Below are positions 42,723 to 54,611 of a stretch of DNA of 64,000 nt, in pieces (position 1 is the stretch's first letter; each line of letters starts with the position of its first letter). Under the pieces are notes generated by a model. It did not search any database. It saw only the letters and a list, made by a program, of their open reading frames with translations, and was not told the DNA's origin. Source of the DNA: Epithemia pelagica (lineage: Eukaryota > Protista > Bacillariophyta); contig OX337235.1 of NCBI GenBank assembly GCA_946965045.2, forward strand, positions 1,054,001-1,118,000, written 5' to 3'. Position numbers and translations under genes: made by a program.

Positions 42723-43837
42723 ACCTAGATCTTACCCAGATTTTTGGGAGCTTGATTTTGCCGTTCGCAAAGGGAAAGATTTTTTGTCGAGAGAAGAGCT
42801 CAAGGTACAACTACTTTGTACAACTACATTAAATTTGTGGAAAGTACTGGAGAAGTTACTGGTTGGGATTGGGTGTTGGGGAGTGTGCTCGTCGCCGGGC
42901 AATACTTGCAAGTTCGTTGGAGAGCACTCGTGACTCGTGAACGGATATGAGAAAAGATTAAGATCATCTCCTACTATAGCCCCCTGGCCCCTCAACAGCT
43001 GCCCAAAATTCCAAAGTCATCAGTCATCACACTTTGTCCGTCAACTCAAATCTCGAATACTCGTATCTCCCCTCTTTTACATCTACGATCTACGAGTAGG
43101 TACTCGTACTCCTACCGCCGACAGAATAGTTCTCCTTCCAAAAGGAAAGCCAGAAGGACACACCCACAAGAAAGAAATGGAGTGATTCCAGATCTACGCC
43201 TGTTTTGCTTCAGAATGAGGAGAAGACATACAAGGAATGATCCATCAGCAAGACAAGGAGTAGTTTACATCACAGAATTGTTGCTGATAGAAATTCATGT
43301 GGCTCATGCAACTACGAGTATGAATATTCTACCTCAGCTGTAGTTACTCGGCATTCGCAAAAGAGTGTAGAAAGGTGGGAAAACATGTCGACTGCCTCCC
43401 TTTTCTTTCCATATATCCGATATCCGGGAACAACCGAGAAATCACATGGGACAAACTCACATGCAGCCATTGCAGGCTTTTTGACACTATCGCTGGTCGA
43501 TTTTTTCTATTTGTTTCACGAAACGGTCCCAAACATCATGCTTGTGTGTTCTTGCCCCGATCTGTCCATCCATCGTTGAGTGTTTCAAGTATCAACGCCT
43601 TGATGGAGGGAAGAGTCGCCCCGCGAATTCCAGCTATTTCTTACGGGATCAAGATCAGGCCAGCGTCACCTTCCCCCAAGCGCGCGCATTCTCTTTGAGC
43701 GCCACTGCGGATCGCGTGCCGTGCCTCTGGCGTCTGCCGAGAGCGCCATGTTTTGCATCTCGCGACCACAACATGTTGCTCGATAGACTCCAGGATTTAC
43801 GTTGTAACTTGTAACAACGACAACGTGCTGTCTGCAA

Positions 43838-45370
43838 TTGTCCTCATCATCATCTATTTTCCTTCTGAAAGACAACAGTGACAAAAACTCGGGTCTTCTA
43901 AGAACTGTGTTGCACAGCACTACAAACTTCATGACATCAACAACAACAACAACGACGACGAGAGGCAGGTCGAAGAATGGATGCCACCGCAGAAAGACTC
44001 GACGGCGCCGGTGGTTGCAATGGTGGCAGCACACCATTCCGTGTTGTCTGTTGTGTCTGGCGGCCACTAGTGTTTTGGTGACCAATCAAGTGGCTCAAAG
44101 TACAGTCGAACGGTGGTCGTCGGCACAATTGCAAATGCTCACCAATTTCACAGTCACGTACAAACAACCACCGCAACCAAAGGGGAATGTGTCTTTCATG
44201 GAGAAAGCAAAACACCGCTTACAATACAAGTCGTCGAACCCGACGTTGTATCAAACGGACCGGTTTCCACCTATCACGAAACCACGGCAGGATCAGGGGT
44301 TTGGTGCCTGTCTCATGTTTAAAAATGACAATCATTTGCTCTCTGAATGGATTGCCTATCATTACACCATTTTGCCACTACGCCATCTCGTGATTGGAAC
44401 GGATGTGGACAACACTCAAGATCCCCGTCATGTGTTGAAGGAGTGGACTGGATTGCCCTTGGAGGTTCGCATTCTCAATGCCAGTCAGTTTGTCGATCCC
44501 CAACCACAACCACAAGAATTGTCGCAACGAAACAAAGTTTCGGCCGCCACTGTAGCACATCATGAATTTGCCAATCGGCAAAAGGGCTTCTTGCGCCACT
44601 GTACTCAACTGTTGCGCCGCTCTGAACTATGGACAGGTCCCGTAACCTGGACCACCTACATTGATTCCGATGAGTTTGTGACGTGGAATCCATGGGATGC
44701 CTCCGAACCCGCCTTGTCCAAATTGGAGCAACAGCAGCAGCAGCAGCAGCTCCCCTTTGTGCAAAAACGAAAACAACTTTTATCACAGTCCCAACGTTCC
44801 CGTGCCACTGTTTTGGAGTTTCTGCATGAACATGGTGACGCTCTGTTTTGGGAAAATGGAAATCGAACCATTTGTTACACCCTTCCTCGTCTCCGCTTTG
44901 GGGCACTCGAAAATCATACCTGCCCCGTGGAGGACGCACCCCCAGTCCTGCCACACAAAACTACAATCTCCTTGCCACAGCAGCACTTGGGTACCCTACG
45001 ATTCTTGCAACATGCAGCCAAAGACGACTTTTCTCGCAACAAGTTTGGTAAAGTAATCATGGATGTATCTCAACTCTCTGACCATGTCACTCAACACCAA
45101 CAACCACGAAACATTCATCGACCCTGGATCGAGTATTGTGGACCCGCCGCCAAGCCACTGCGAATTTCGTTGCTTCGATTGAATCATTATCTGGGAAGTT
45201 GGGAGCGCTATTCGGGCCGTAGCAAGGATGACCGACGATCTCGAGACTATTGGGAACAAATGGCATCCTTACAAGGAGGTCAAGCGTGTGGGGATACCAC
45301 GCACCACTGGCTTGCGCAGTTTGTGGAACAAGTGGGACACGAGCGAGCGAGCGCCATCTTAAATGCCTGA
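43838..45370 (+). CDS. Type II membrane glycosyltransferase-like protein (GT92/DUF23-like)
   Basis: N-terminal TM helix, FGACLMFKNDNHLLSEWIAYH and YIDSDEF (DxD). Confidence 0.7.
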   Translation: MSSSSSIFLLKDNSDKNSGLLRTVLHSTTNFMTSTTTTTTTRGRSKNGCHRRKTRRRRWLQWWQHTIPCCLLCLAATSVLVTNQVAQSTVERWSSAQLQMLTNFTVTYKQPPQPKGNVSFMEKAKHRLQYKSSNPTLYQTDRFPPITKPRQDQGFGACLMFKNDNHLLSEWIAYHYTILPLRHLVIGTDVDNTQDPRHVLKEWTGLPLEVRILNASQFVDPQPQPQELSQRNKVSAATVAHHEFANRQKGFLRHCTQLLRRSELWTGPVTWTTYIDSDEFVTWNPWDASEPALSKLEQQQQQQQLPFVQKRKQLLSQSQRSRATVLEFLHEHGDALFWENGNRTICYTLPRLRFGALENHTCPVEDAPPVLPHKTTISLPQQHLGTLRFLQHAAKDDFSRNKFGKVIMDVSQLSDHVTQHQQPRNIHRPWIEYCGPAAKPLRISLLRLNHYLGSWERYSGRSKDDRRSRDYWEQMASLQGGQACGDTTHHWLAQFVEQVGHERASAILNA

Positions 45371-46082
45371 AACTGCACATGTGGGTTGAAATAAAGATTC
45401 GACATGAGCGAGGCATAGTCATTGCGACAACCTCTCTCTTTGGTCGTTTCCCGTTGTATCGCAAGCGTCATGCTCCACTTTGTGCTTAGACTATACAAAT
45501 TCAGAACTGTGGTGGATAGTAATATCACATGGCACGAGGAGAAGTCGGAGAAGACTAGAATTGCTAAGAGTAAGTTCTTATAACAAAATTTTGCGGTCAA
45601 TGGAAGATGCGAATACATTAAACACCCAAGGTGAGGTGCTGTGTGTTCGCAAAAGTGAAAGATCCATTCAAGACGTCAGAAATGAGATTGTATACACACG
45701 TGCTATCATCCAGAAATCGCAGTTGTCCCGACCCTGACCCTGACTCATTCATTGCCATATCCTTCAAAGCATGAACACGAAGCAACATTTCACCGCTCAT
45801 TGATTCTGCCAGACCAAACCCCGGATATGTTCCTCCACTGTGACATCCACCTGAAATTAGTGACGACCGCGATACTCTTTTCCTTTTGCTGGCTCGTAAC
45901 AAGAGCGGCTTCTACAGACTCCCAGACACTACTGCATGATCAGTCTGGAAAACGATGGGAGGTTAAAACGAGAAGACTGATCAATTTCTCCTGGAAACGT
46001 CAATGTGCTTGAATGGATTCGAAAAAAGACCCGTTTTTGTTCCACCATGAGCGCCTTCTGTCTGCAGTATAAGCTTTCACCT

Positions 46083-48027
46083 TCACGTGCTACCTTTTGG
46101 TGGTGGTTTTTTCACGGATGGGTACGGTATGGAATCCAAATTGTCTTCCCCCACCACGGGTGGGAAGATGGATCGATCAATATTGACACCTCCTCCCCAT
46201 GCCGCAACCGCACGGTCAATCTTTTCTTTGGAATGGGATACAAAGTTCCATTTCCATGAAGCGTGGTTCGGGGAGGGCTGTCCCACCCAAAATAGCCACA
46301 TGCGCAGTGGCGTCCAAGGCAACCAATCTTCCATCTAACAAACCAGTCGATCCCTGTACTTTGTACACTCTCATACTTCCGGCTTCCAAAACAACCATGT
46401 CCTCCTCCTCCGTGTTTCCATTTTCGACGACAAAACTCTTGCCCAAGAGTCCCACCCTTCCCGAAACTACATAGAATCCCACTTCGATGGTTTCGTCGGC
46501 ATTGGCCGCGGGTGGTAACAGGTCAAACACGCCGTCTTGTTCCGACCATTCCACATCGACATAAAACACTTTGCCACATTCCTTGGTCACTGGAATTTCG
46601 GTTTGTCGGTACCCATTGAATTCTCCCACGACAAGATTGGCCGTGACACTCTCTGCGGATGGCAAGGCAACGGCACTGTCCGCATGATGAAAGGAGGGCT
46701 CGATATCCTCCAAGGCTTTGGGCAGGGCCACCCAAAGCTGGAGTCCATGAGACGAGGTGGGTAACGATTGGTCATTTCCGAAAAAACCTTGCAAGCTTTC
46801 TGGTTTCCCTCGTTCGGAATGTACGACACCTTTTCCAGAAATCATAAAGTTGACTCCACCGGGCACAATGGGCTTTTCAGCACCGGTGGAATCTCGATGC
46901 AAGATAGCTCCTTGGTACAGATATGTCAAGGTGGCCAATCCAATGTGAGGATGGGGACCCACATTCATGGCATGATCGTCAACTGATACAGGTCCAAAAT
47001 GATCCAAAAAGACAAAGCTTCCGACCGATCGCATTTTGTAATAGGGAAGGATCCGGCGCACTTCAAAACCGGGTGACAGTGTAGTGGATTTGCCCGCAAA
47101 GTGAGCCACCAATTCCGCCTCGAGAATGCTCTCTGCTGGTTCCTGTTTCATGGAACCCGGTTCTTGGAGAGGAGGAACTGAGTCTTCCACCAGACTAGTG
47201 ATAATTTTGACATGGTCACTTTCCAACGTTCGGTGGACTGGGCACAAATTGGCAATCTGTAGCAATCGATCTCGATGTGCCTGGGTAAGATCTGGTCCTC
47301 CACGGAACCGAATTCGACGAGTAATGAGATCAATCTTGTTCTTTTTCGTAGTCTTTGTGGAAGTTGTTGAGGTTTGGTTTGTGACCACCGAGCCTTGTTG
47401 TTCTTGAACACACTCTTGACAGTCTTGTTCGTACACCTTGTTATGCTCCAACGTCACATCCACTCCTTGGAGGGGAATCTGTTTGCGTTGAGCATACATT
47501 GTGACAGTAATGGAGGTACAACTGCCCAATCCACTCAAGACGAGATCGTACGGACTGGGTCCCAAATCACGGCCACCAATACTGGGTGGTTCGTCCACGA
47601 CAAAGCTGTGACGTGTGGTTGTCGTAGAATCAAAGATCGTGGCCTCTCCTTCTCCCTCCTTGTTATCATTACCAACTGGTCCTCCGACACGCACTATATT
47701 TTTGTATCGACTGCCGCCTTCCATGGCCTTGTTTTCACCACCACTACTACCAGTGTTGTTGTCATCGTCGGAGGAGACAGTCACCACGGAAAACAAGCGT
47801 GGATGACGGCTACTGTAAGGCACTGCAGCTGGTGTTGCCCCGAATGCAGTTTGCGTCCCCGCAAACGCTCTTGCGGTGATTGCCAAGGATGAAGAAAAGC
47901 CCTTGCAGGATTGAGCAGCACGAAGGAGGTAAGCCATGGTAACTTTCGTTGTCCACCACATCGAAGATCGAAGATATAACAAAATCTTTGATGGGATCTT
48001 CGACAAACTGACGACGGACAGAGCCAC
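46083..48027 (-). CDS. OsmC-like plus pirin fusion protein; +1 frameshift near 46252 in the pirin C-terminus; start codon uncertain
   Basis: OsmC: [18 protein letters not shown]...CPVHRTL. Pirin: [30 protein letters not shown] and WNFVS in the shifted frame. Confidence 0.88.
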
Positions 48028-49377
48028 CTCATAGCCACAACAACATAGGAGTAGTCTTCTGTAGTTTCCGAGTAGATAGGAGTATCTTCGTCATGAATGT
48101 TTGGTTGTTGCATGCTTACAGGAGAAGGATGAAAGACTCAGTGGGAGCAAAGAGTCCATGTACCCACGTCTCTAGGTAGCTCGTGTCGTATGAACAAGTA
48201 TCCCAATAGTTACCAGTCGCCCAGAGTGAGCAGGAAATCAACTCATGTTTGAATGACCCCTTCTCCTGTTGACTTCTGATTCTGCAATGGTTCCATTGCC
48301 TCCTCTCACACCAAAACACCCACAGCTATGTTCCTGAAACAGTAGTATGATGAATTTTGACGCCTAGAACACTGGCAGTCACCATAGTGTCCAGACGCGA
48401 ACGGTGTCGTATGCAAGATGGGTGGGCGAGAATCGCTGAACCTGTATTCCGGTAACTCCAGCGAAGCTTCGATTCTCTCACTTCTTAGGATTAGCTAGAG
48501 GGAACCTGGGGAACCCGTTCGTCGAGCAACCGGTACCTTACACGAGAGGATCTGCATCGTTGGCAGACAAGAATAATCCAGTCCTCAAGGCGGACAGTGG
48601 TTGCAAGTTGGAAGAACCACTCTTGCAAGATGAGAGAACTTGGTCCAGATGCATCCAACCAAGAATGGCAACGGCAAACGAAATCCACATTCTGGAAACA
48701 ACAAACGTCTCGGGCAGAGACACCAAGTCCCGAGCCGAGACACGTCGCCAACACCAACCGAACAACGGTGGATGATCTAACTCCCGTCCTATGATTTTCT
48801 AGGTTCGTCTCAATGTGCGATTCAATGCTCCTAAACACAAGGCATCCAGTTCAGAGAATGGATCGTGCCGCTCGCAAATGTTGGTTGGAGTATCGTTCGT
48901 CGTTTTAAAAACATCGCGTCATTGTCTTGTTTTGGCTGCGGTCGGCATCAAATTCCCAACGCGTGAGAAAGATTTTGTTACGGTTTAACGGTACTTTCGC
49001 GTGGTAGGGTGGAGTATCCGTGATAGGCCTCCCTCCACAAGGCGAAAAGCCCAACGAAATCTCGCCAAAGCACATGGTAGATTGCACGCATTGTTCTTAT
49101 GGCATGCGTTCTTGGTGCGTTAGAATGATGATTATAATGACCGTTGAAAGTGACTGCTTAGAGCAAGTGTAGTACTATTTCACCTATTAAAAATTTTAAT
49201 GAAGTAATGGGCGATGCTTTTTCCATAAGTCATCGGGATCAAGACTTGATGTTCTTTGAATACCTAGTACTTTTTTGTCGAGATAGGTCAACAGCGACAC
49301 GAGATATTCTTAGTCGTTTCCAAAGATCCGTTGCCTTGGTGTCTGCACGATACGTTTGCTAGAAAAATTTTTTTTGG

Positions 49378-51591
49378 ATGCGTCCCCCGCGATCCCCCGC
49401 AATTGAGAATTGCGACACAGTTCCGTTGCATCCTAGTACTGAAAAGAAGCAAGTGAAGAGGAAACTAGCCGGTGCAAAGAGCAGGTGCCGTAACGAAGTC
49501 CTTGACAAGGACGAAGACGAGAGACTGCACCAAAATTCTGCAAAACAAGACAAGAACTACAAAGCCGCAGGATTGGCGATTGTGCCATCTTGCCAAACCT
49601 CTCATTCCATTTTCTCTAAGATACCAAAGATGTGTGGGGAGAAAGGGTTCCAAGCGTATGAAGATGGGAGAAAGGCTCTGGCCCAGTCCTTTCTAAACGA
49701 TCTTTGCTTCTGGGACAATGAGATTTCTCATTGCCCGGAACGTCAGGCTTTGTCGCGAAAGGCCCTGTCTGTGAATTCGCTTCCTGACCACAGATCAAAC
49801 GCCATTGAGAACTCTCAACAGGAGTCCATGCGATCACGCTCATATGAGAACCTTTGCTCCGAGAGTGAATTGAGATGGCAAGTCGCTTATGATCGACATA
49901 CAGGACGGATCTACTATTACAATTCCGTTACAATGCAGAGCCAATGGAAAAAGGTAAGTCCTCATTTCAGTTCCTTTCCGTTTCCGTTAGAAACCACTCG
50001 ATTCTAACATGATTTCCAACCTTGTCTCGTCCCCTCGTGTCTATTCAAGCCTCGTGAAATTCGATCCTGGGAGAAAGCGAAGCTGAAACGTGATAAAGCG
50101 TTCTTTCGCGAAATGGAAGCGAATATTCTCGCAGGTCTGAAACGGACGAAGAAAGCCCCATCTCTCACGGTGCAGACAGCAAATGATTCGATTCGTGAGA
50201 CCGCATCCCAAAACACTCGAATCAAGACATCTACCCCTTCTCCCTACCACAAGAACAATGCATCCACCGTGACCAACAAGATCCGAACTATTTCGGGGAT
50301 GGACGAGAGGGTGTTGGCAGACCTCTATTATAGCGCTGCCTCCTCTTGCGCAAACCAAGTTACTTCCTCAGGATCTAAGGAGGAAGGAACCAAGGTAGTT
50401 GCTCCAGGCAAAGACAAGCCACCGACGAAACATCAGAGTGGAACCGCCAACAAGGGAAGACCTCCGTTGCCTCCGAAAGATCCTCGTCAACCAGAAGCGA
50501 GCGCAGCTCTTACGAAAGAAAGATTGGTTGTGCCTGAAGGCCCAGTGGTATCTCCTCCGAGGCCTTCGGTAATGGCTCGATACAGTTTCAACGACAATGA
50601 CAGGAACTCTCATGCACGCCACCGTTCCAGCGAAAATTTGTCATTGGTGGATTCGACTCTTTGCAATCCAGATGTGACTGCAACCATCAAGGCTGTCTGT
50701 GGTGTCTATCGAGTTTACATTGTGGAAAATGCTCGCAAGATGGAACACCGTGCACCTCAAGAAACTCAAGAACAGTCCAATGATCTTCAAAACCAAACAT
50801 TTGTGGGGTCCTTTTCCACTCCGATCACCGCTTCAGTCATTGAGCTATTTCGTGATGATCGTGAAAGTGATTCGAACAAAAAATCCATTCCTTCGATTGA
50901 TGAAATGGTCAAATTTTTCACGCTTTTTCACGAAAGCAGCAAGATGCAGCAAGACACTATCATCATGTCTCTGATTTATTTGGAACGCCTCATGAAGCAC
51001 ACCAACGGAGCTTTGGTGCCAACACCCGAGAATTGGCGCTCTCTGCTGTTTAGTTGTATGATACTGGCGAGCAAAGTGTGGGATGATTTTTCCATGTGGA
51101 ACGTGGATTTTTCCGATGTATCCGCGGCCACTGGCCTTTCCAACTTTAGTCTTCAACGCATCAACCGACTCGAGATTGCCATTCTTTCCAGTCTCTCATT
51201 CGATGTACAGGTTTCGGATTCCGAGTACGCTAAGTATTACTTTTTGATCCGCACCATGATGATCCGAAGCCGTTCCTCTTCAGGTCGAAAGACAAGCTCC
51301 AAAGAGACGATCACGATCGATGTAAACCAAAAGAAAAAAGACGGCACAGTGGACCGTCGTGTCGCCTGCGACAACTCTAAGAAGACATTGGAAGTGATCG
51401 CTGATGCTTGTGACATAGCAAAGAAACCATTGCCAAATACTTTCGCTGCATTGGCGGAGACATCCCCAGCCTTGAACGGAGAGTGGATTGGTCAAACGGG
51501 AGGTTTCAGCACGGTACGGGCCATGTCACCGCTAGCAATCCGAACTGGTCAGGCAATGTGGATGGAATCCCCAGTTCAACGCGTCCACTAG
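49378..51591 (+). CDS. WW-domain plus cyclin Y-like protein, intron 49954-50049
   Basis: WW: WQVAYDRHTGRIYYYNSVTMQSQWKK|P, completed across a GTAAGT...CTAAC...AG intron. Cyclin box: IMSLIYLERL...NWRSLLFSCMILASKVWDDFSMWNVDF. Confidence 0.88.
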
Positions 51592-51889
51592 GGCGTCTCG
51601 TGAAAGTGGGCCTCGTTTGTCAACCCATTGCGGTCAATGTGAATACTCAATCTCGGCTTTGAGTGGGAAAATGGGGAAAGGAAATAGAAACGGTCAATAC
51701 ACTCATACATACGTATAATTTAATACAACAGATAGAAGACGATAAAGAACAACTACAAGACATTATCAGCATGGACATTTCATTTAGGGTGCTGTAATTA
51801 GAGCGAAATCCGAGAACGTGCTCCTAGAACGTCCAAGGTCACGTAAAATGGCAATCCGAAGTGTCTCATAGCCGGTAATCCCAAAATGC

Positions 51890-53221
51890 TCATAGCTGTC
51901 CTCGGAGCAAGAAGGCTGGATTCATCTTCACAAGAGTAAAGACATGATCCAAGTGGCAAGCGCAATGCTGCAAAAATGCAAGAGCTTCAAACGCGCTTAC
52001 CCAGTCCTCCAGAGTCGAAGTATCTTGCATCAACCGAACTCGACCCACCCTATTCAGATTGGACTCACAGAGAAACAATCGGTACATGTCTTCAACGGTT
52101 CCATCGTGGTCGTCTTCACTTATGTTATCAATGACGTTAAGGTTAATTTGAAGGGAAAAATTGGACCGCAAAACTTCTGTGAATGCTTCGACGCTCGAAA
52201 CGCCCAGATTATCCGTGCACACGTCTTTATCGTCACTGAGTTGAACCAATTCCAAACCGCATGCTCTGCTACCCGTTGCTTCCGCATTCTCCTTCAAGGC
52301 ACGAGCAAGTGATGTTCCCATCAAGTCTGTGAAGCCTGCCCGTACCGTCAAAAACAGCTGCTTAAGAGTTCGATTATGTTTGAGGGCGGAAAGAAACGCA
52401 TCCCATTCAGTTTCATCGACTTGAAGGGAAGCCAGAGATAGACATTTCAGTCCGCCATAATGTGAGGTGTTGTTGCTTCCACTCAGAGAAAGCAAAGAGG
52501 ATCCCACAGTTGCCCAATTCGGGGATTCCAAAGCAATTTCTTCCAGTGGATTTCTGTGTCCCAACTCCATCAAAGTTTGAATTGCTTGCTTCGATATGGG
52601 CTGTCTCTGCTGAGAGAGAATGTGTACTTTGGCAAGACTGCTGCAGTTTGAAAGGCCATGACAAATGAGCTCATCAAGCGTTGCCGATGAAAGTCGATCA
52701 CATAAAACGAGTGTTCCTTTCCAAATGAAGGACTCCAAGTTTTTCGAGCTTCCTAGCGCCCTGCAAAATCGTTTGTATTCTGAGTAAATGCCAAGCATGA
52801 CGACTCCCTCACCAATGGCTAATGAGCGAAAAGGTGATATGCTTCTTTTCGCTGATCCAACCTGTTTTGGCGTCTGTAATTGCTGGTGCATTTCTTGGCG
52901 GTACTCAAGCGCTGATGCCAGTGCCGATAAGGAAACAACATTCAGTGACATAGCTGCTTCAAAAGTCAACTCTTCCAGATGCCCCACCTTCCCAAAAGAG
53001 GCAATTGTTTGATCCCATTCCTCTTGCCTCAATGAATAAGAGAGATTTCCATGACAAGCGACCTGTTTTATGCTTTCGTTGTTTTGCAAAGCGGTCAAAA
53101 AGTCGTCGAAGGAAACTGGGTTGGCTCGGGTACGACGACGAAAACGGACCTTTTTATCCAAGACCACCACACCTGACCGATCGTCTTGAATATACTGGAC
53201 TAGTTCTTGAGCTTCCGTCAT
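51890..53221 (-). CDS. RNI-like leucine-rich-repeat protein, function unknown
   Basis: Repeated LxxLxL patterns (ALKHNRTLKQLFL, LRSNFSL) and a C-terminal LN..GR..L motif. Confidence 0.65.
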   Translation of the reverse strand: MTEAQELVQYIQDDRSGVVVLDKKVRFRRRTRANPVSFDDFLTALQNNESIKQVACHGNLSYSLRQEEWDQTIASFGKVGHLEELTFEAAMSLNVVSLSALASALEYRQEMHQQLQTPKQVGSAKRSISPFRSLAIGEGVVMLGIYSEYKRFCRALGSSKNLESFIWKGTLVLCDRLSSATLDELICHGLSNCSSLAKVHILSQQRQPISKQAIQTLMELGHRNPLEEIALESPNWATVGSSLLSLSGSNNTSHYGGLKCLSLASLQVDETEWDAFLSALKHNRTLKQLFLTVRAGFTDLMGTSLARALKENAEATGSRACGLELVQLSDDKDVCTDNLGVSSVEAFTEVLRSNFSLQINLNVIDNISEDDHDGTVEDMYRLFLCESNLNRVGRVRLMQDTSTLEDWVSAFEALAFLQHCACHLDHVFTLVKMNPAFLLRGQL

Positions 53222-53753
53222 GTCTAATTGGAGATGTCAAATCTGTTGGCTCTATGTTGTCGTTCCTTCCTTCATGTTGGAAACCTCTGGGCAAAACATC
53301 AAAACGCGTTTTCGCGACTGCCGGTGAGTAGCTACTATGTCTACCCGATGTGGTGCAATCGGCTGCTAGGAGTATTTTGAGGACTACTCCCAGTTACGGA
53401 TACTCCCACCTACTCCTAGGAGTGGTTGACTTTCCCCATACCAGATAATCAATGTCACTGGCGTGAAACCAAAGAACTTATGCTTTGAATAGAACCTCTA
53501 TAGCAGGACGCTTGAGAACAACGAGACAGAGAGGAGGACCAACAATGAACGTATTCTCGTGGCCTCGGAATCCAGAGACATCGGGCGAAGCTCTCGCCCC
53601 AAAAAGGAAAGTGTTCCTCCTTTGATCTCCACCGCCGGGGCTCTTCTCAGCAATGGGCGTACTCGTACCAACTCCTGGTTTAATTATGTCTCGTCGCTTA
53701 CAAATCCAAAAAGGATTGGACGACGACACTTATGGAATGGCGCGAGAAGGAAT

Positions 53754-54380
53754 TTAATCCATATGATCGAGTGGTCGATTGAATCCATTTTTACGGTTCA
53801 TGTACTGGCGGTATTTTCGCGCCTTGTGTTTAGCCGCAGCGCCACGAGCGGAGGAATTGTGATTCGATTCAACCTTTTCCCCCTTGGTGGAACCAAAGCC
53901 AGAGATTCCCATCAAACGTTGCATTTGAGCTTCCTCGTCGTCTTCTCCGTCATCTTCTTCTCCCCCTTGCGACTTACTTTTATTCCCATCGCCACTCGAC
54001 TTGGAAGCAAACTCACCACCTGCAGAGGCATGATCCATGCGTTGCTGAAAATTGTGTTCTTCTTGTTCATTTTCCATTCGAAGCCGTGCCATTCGTTCTC
54101 GTCGCTTTGCTTCGCGTTTATCTTCAAGCCAACGCTCATCGCGTGTACGTTTTCGCCCCATTCCCTGATGATCATATGGGTGCTCCACATGATGATTGCG
54201 ACTGCTCTGCGACAAGAGATGATTTCTCCTTGTTGCTGTCGATTGAACGGCGCCTTCTTCTTCTTCTTCCTCCTCCTCTTCTCGTATTTCATCTCTTTTG
54301 TACATTACTGGAGGATCTTTTGGAATATCGAACGGCCCTCTTGTTGGCGAGCCTTCTCTACGGTGACGATGGGAACTCAT
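53754..54380 (-). CDS. SNRNP27: U4/U6.U5 tri-snRNP 27-kDa protein
   Basis: C-terminal MQRLMGISGFGSTKG...RKYRQYMNRKNGFNRPLD after an R/E-rich region. Confidence 0.93.
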   Translation of the reverse strand: MSSHRHRREGSPTRGPFDIPKDPPVMYKRDEIREEEEEEEEEGAVQSTATRRNHLLSQSSRNHHVEHPYDHQGMGRKRTRDERWLEDKREAKRRERMARLRMENEQEEHNFQQRMDHASAGGEFASKSSGDGNKSKSQGGEEDDGEDDEEAQMQRLMGISGFGSTKGEKVESNHNSSARGAAAKHKARKYRQYMNRKNGFNRPLDHMD

Positions 54381-54611
54381 GGTGGATCGACCGAGGGCGT
54401 TGCTTCGTTTTGAGTCCTGTTTGTGCATGTGAACCGTGCGCCGATTTTGTTGCTCTGTTGGCTATATTTTCCTGAAAAATCCAATGATCCATATCGTGTG
54501 TCATATTTTTCAATATGAGTGGTACCTTTTTCACTCGTGGGGGAAAACAAGTCTTTCCATATATTAGTAAACAGTAACCAGAGGTGCAGTCTCGTCATGA
54601 CGTATATTTTT

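Noticed and set aside
48116-48838. Short ORFs between the pirin and cyclin genes; likewise 35169-35478 and 63775-63978
   Set aside because: No recognisable motifs or splice support; the last could be the 3' end of a gene outside the window but cannot be supported from this sequence.
53559-54413. 284-aa plus-strand ORF and the many similar antisense ORFs over transposases and low-complexity genes
   Set aside because: They are shadow frames of well-supported genes on the opposite strand, with no independent motifs.
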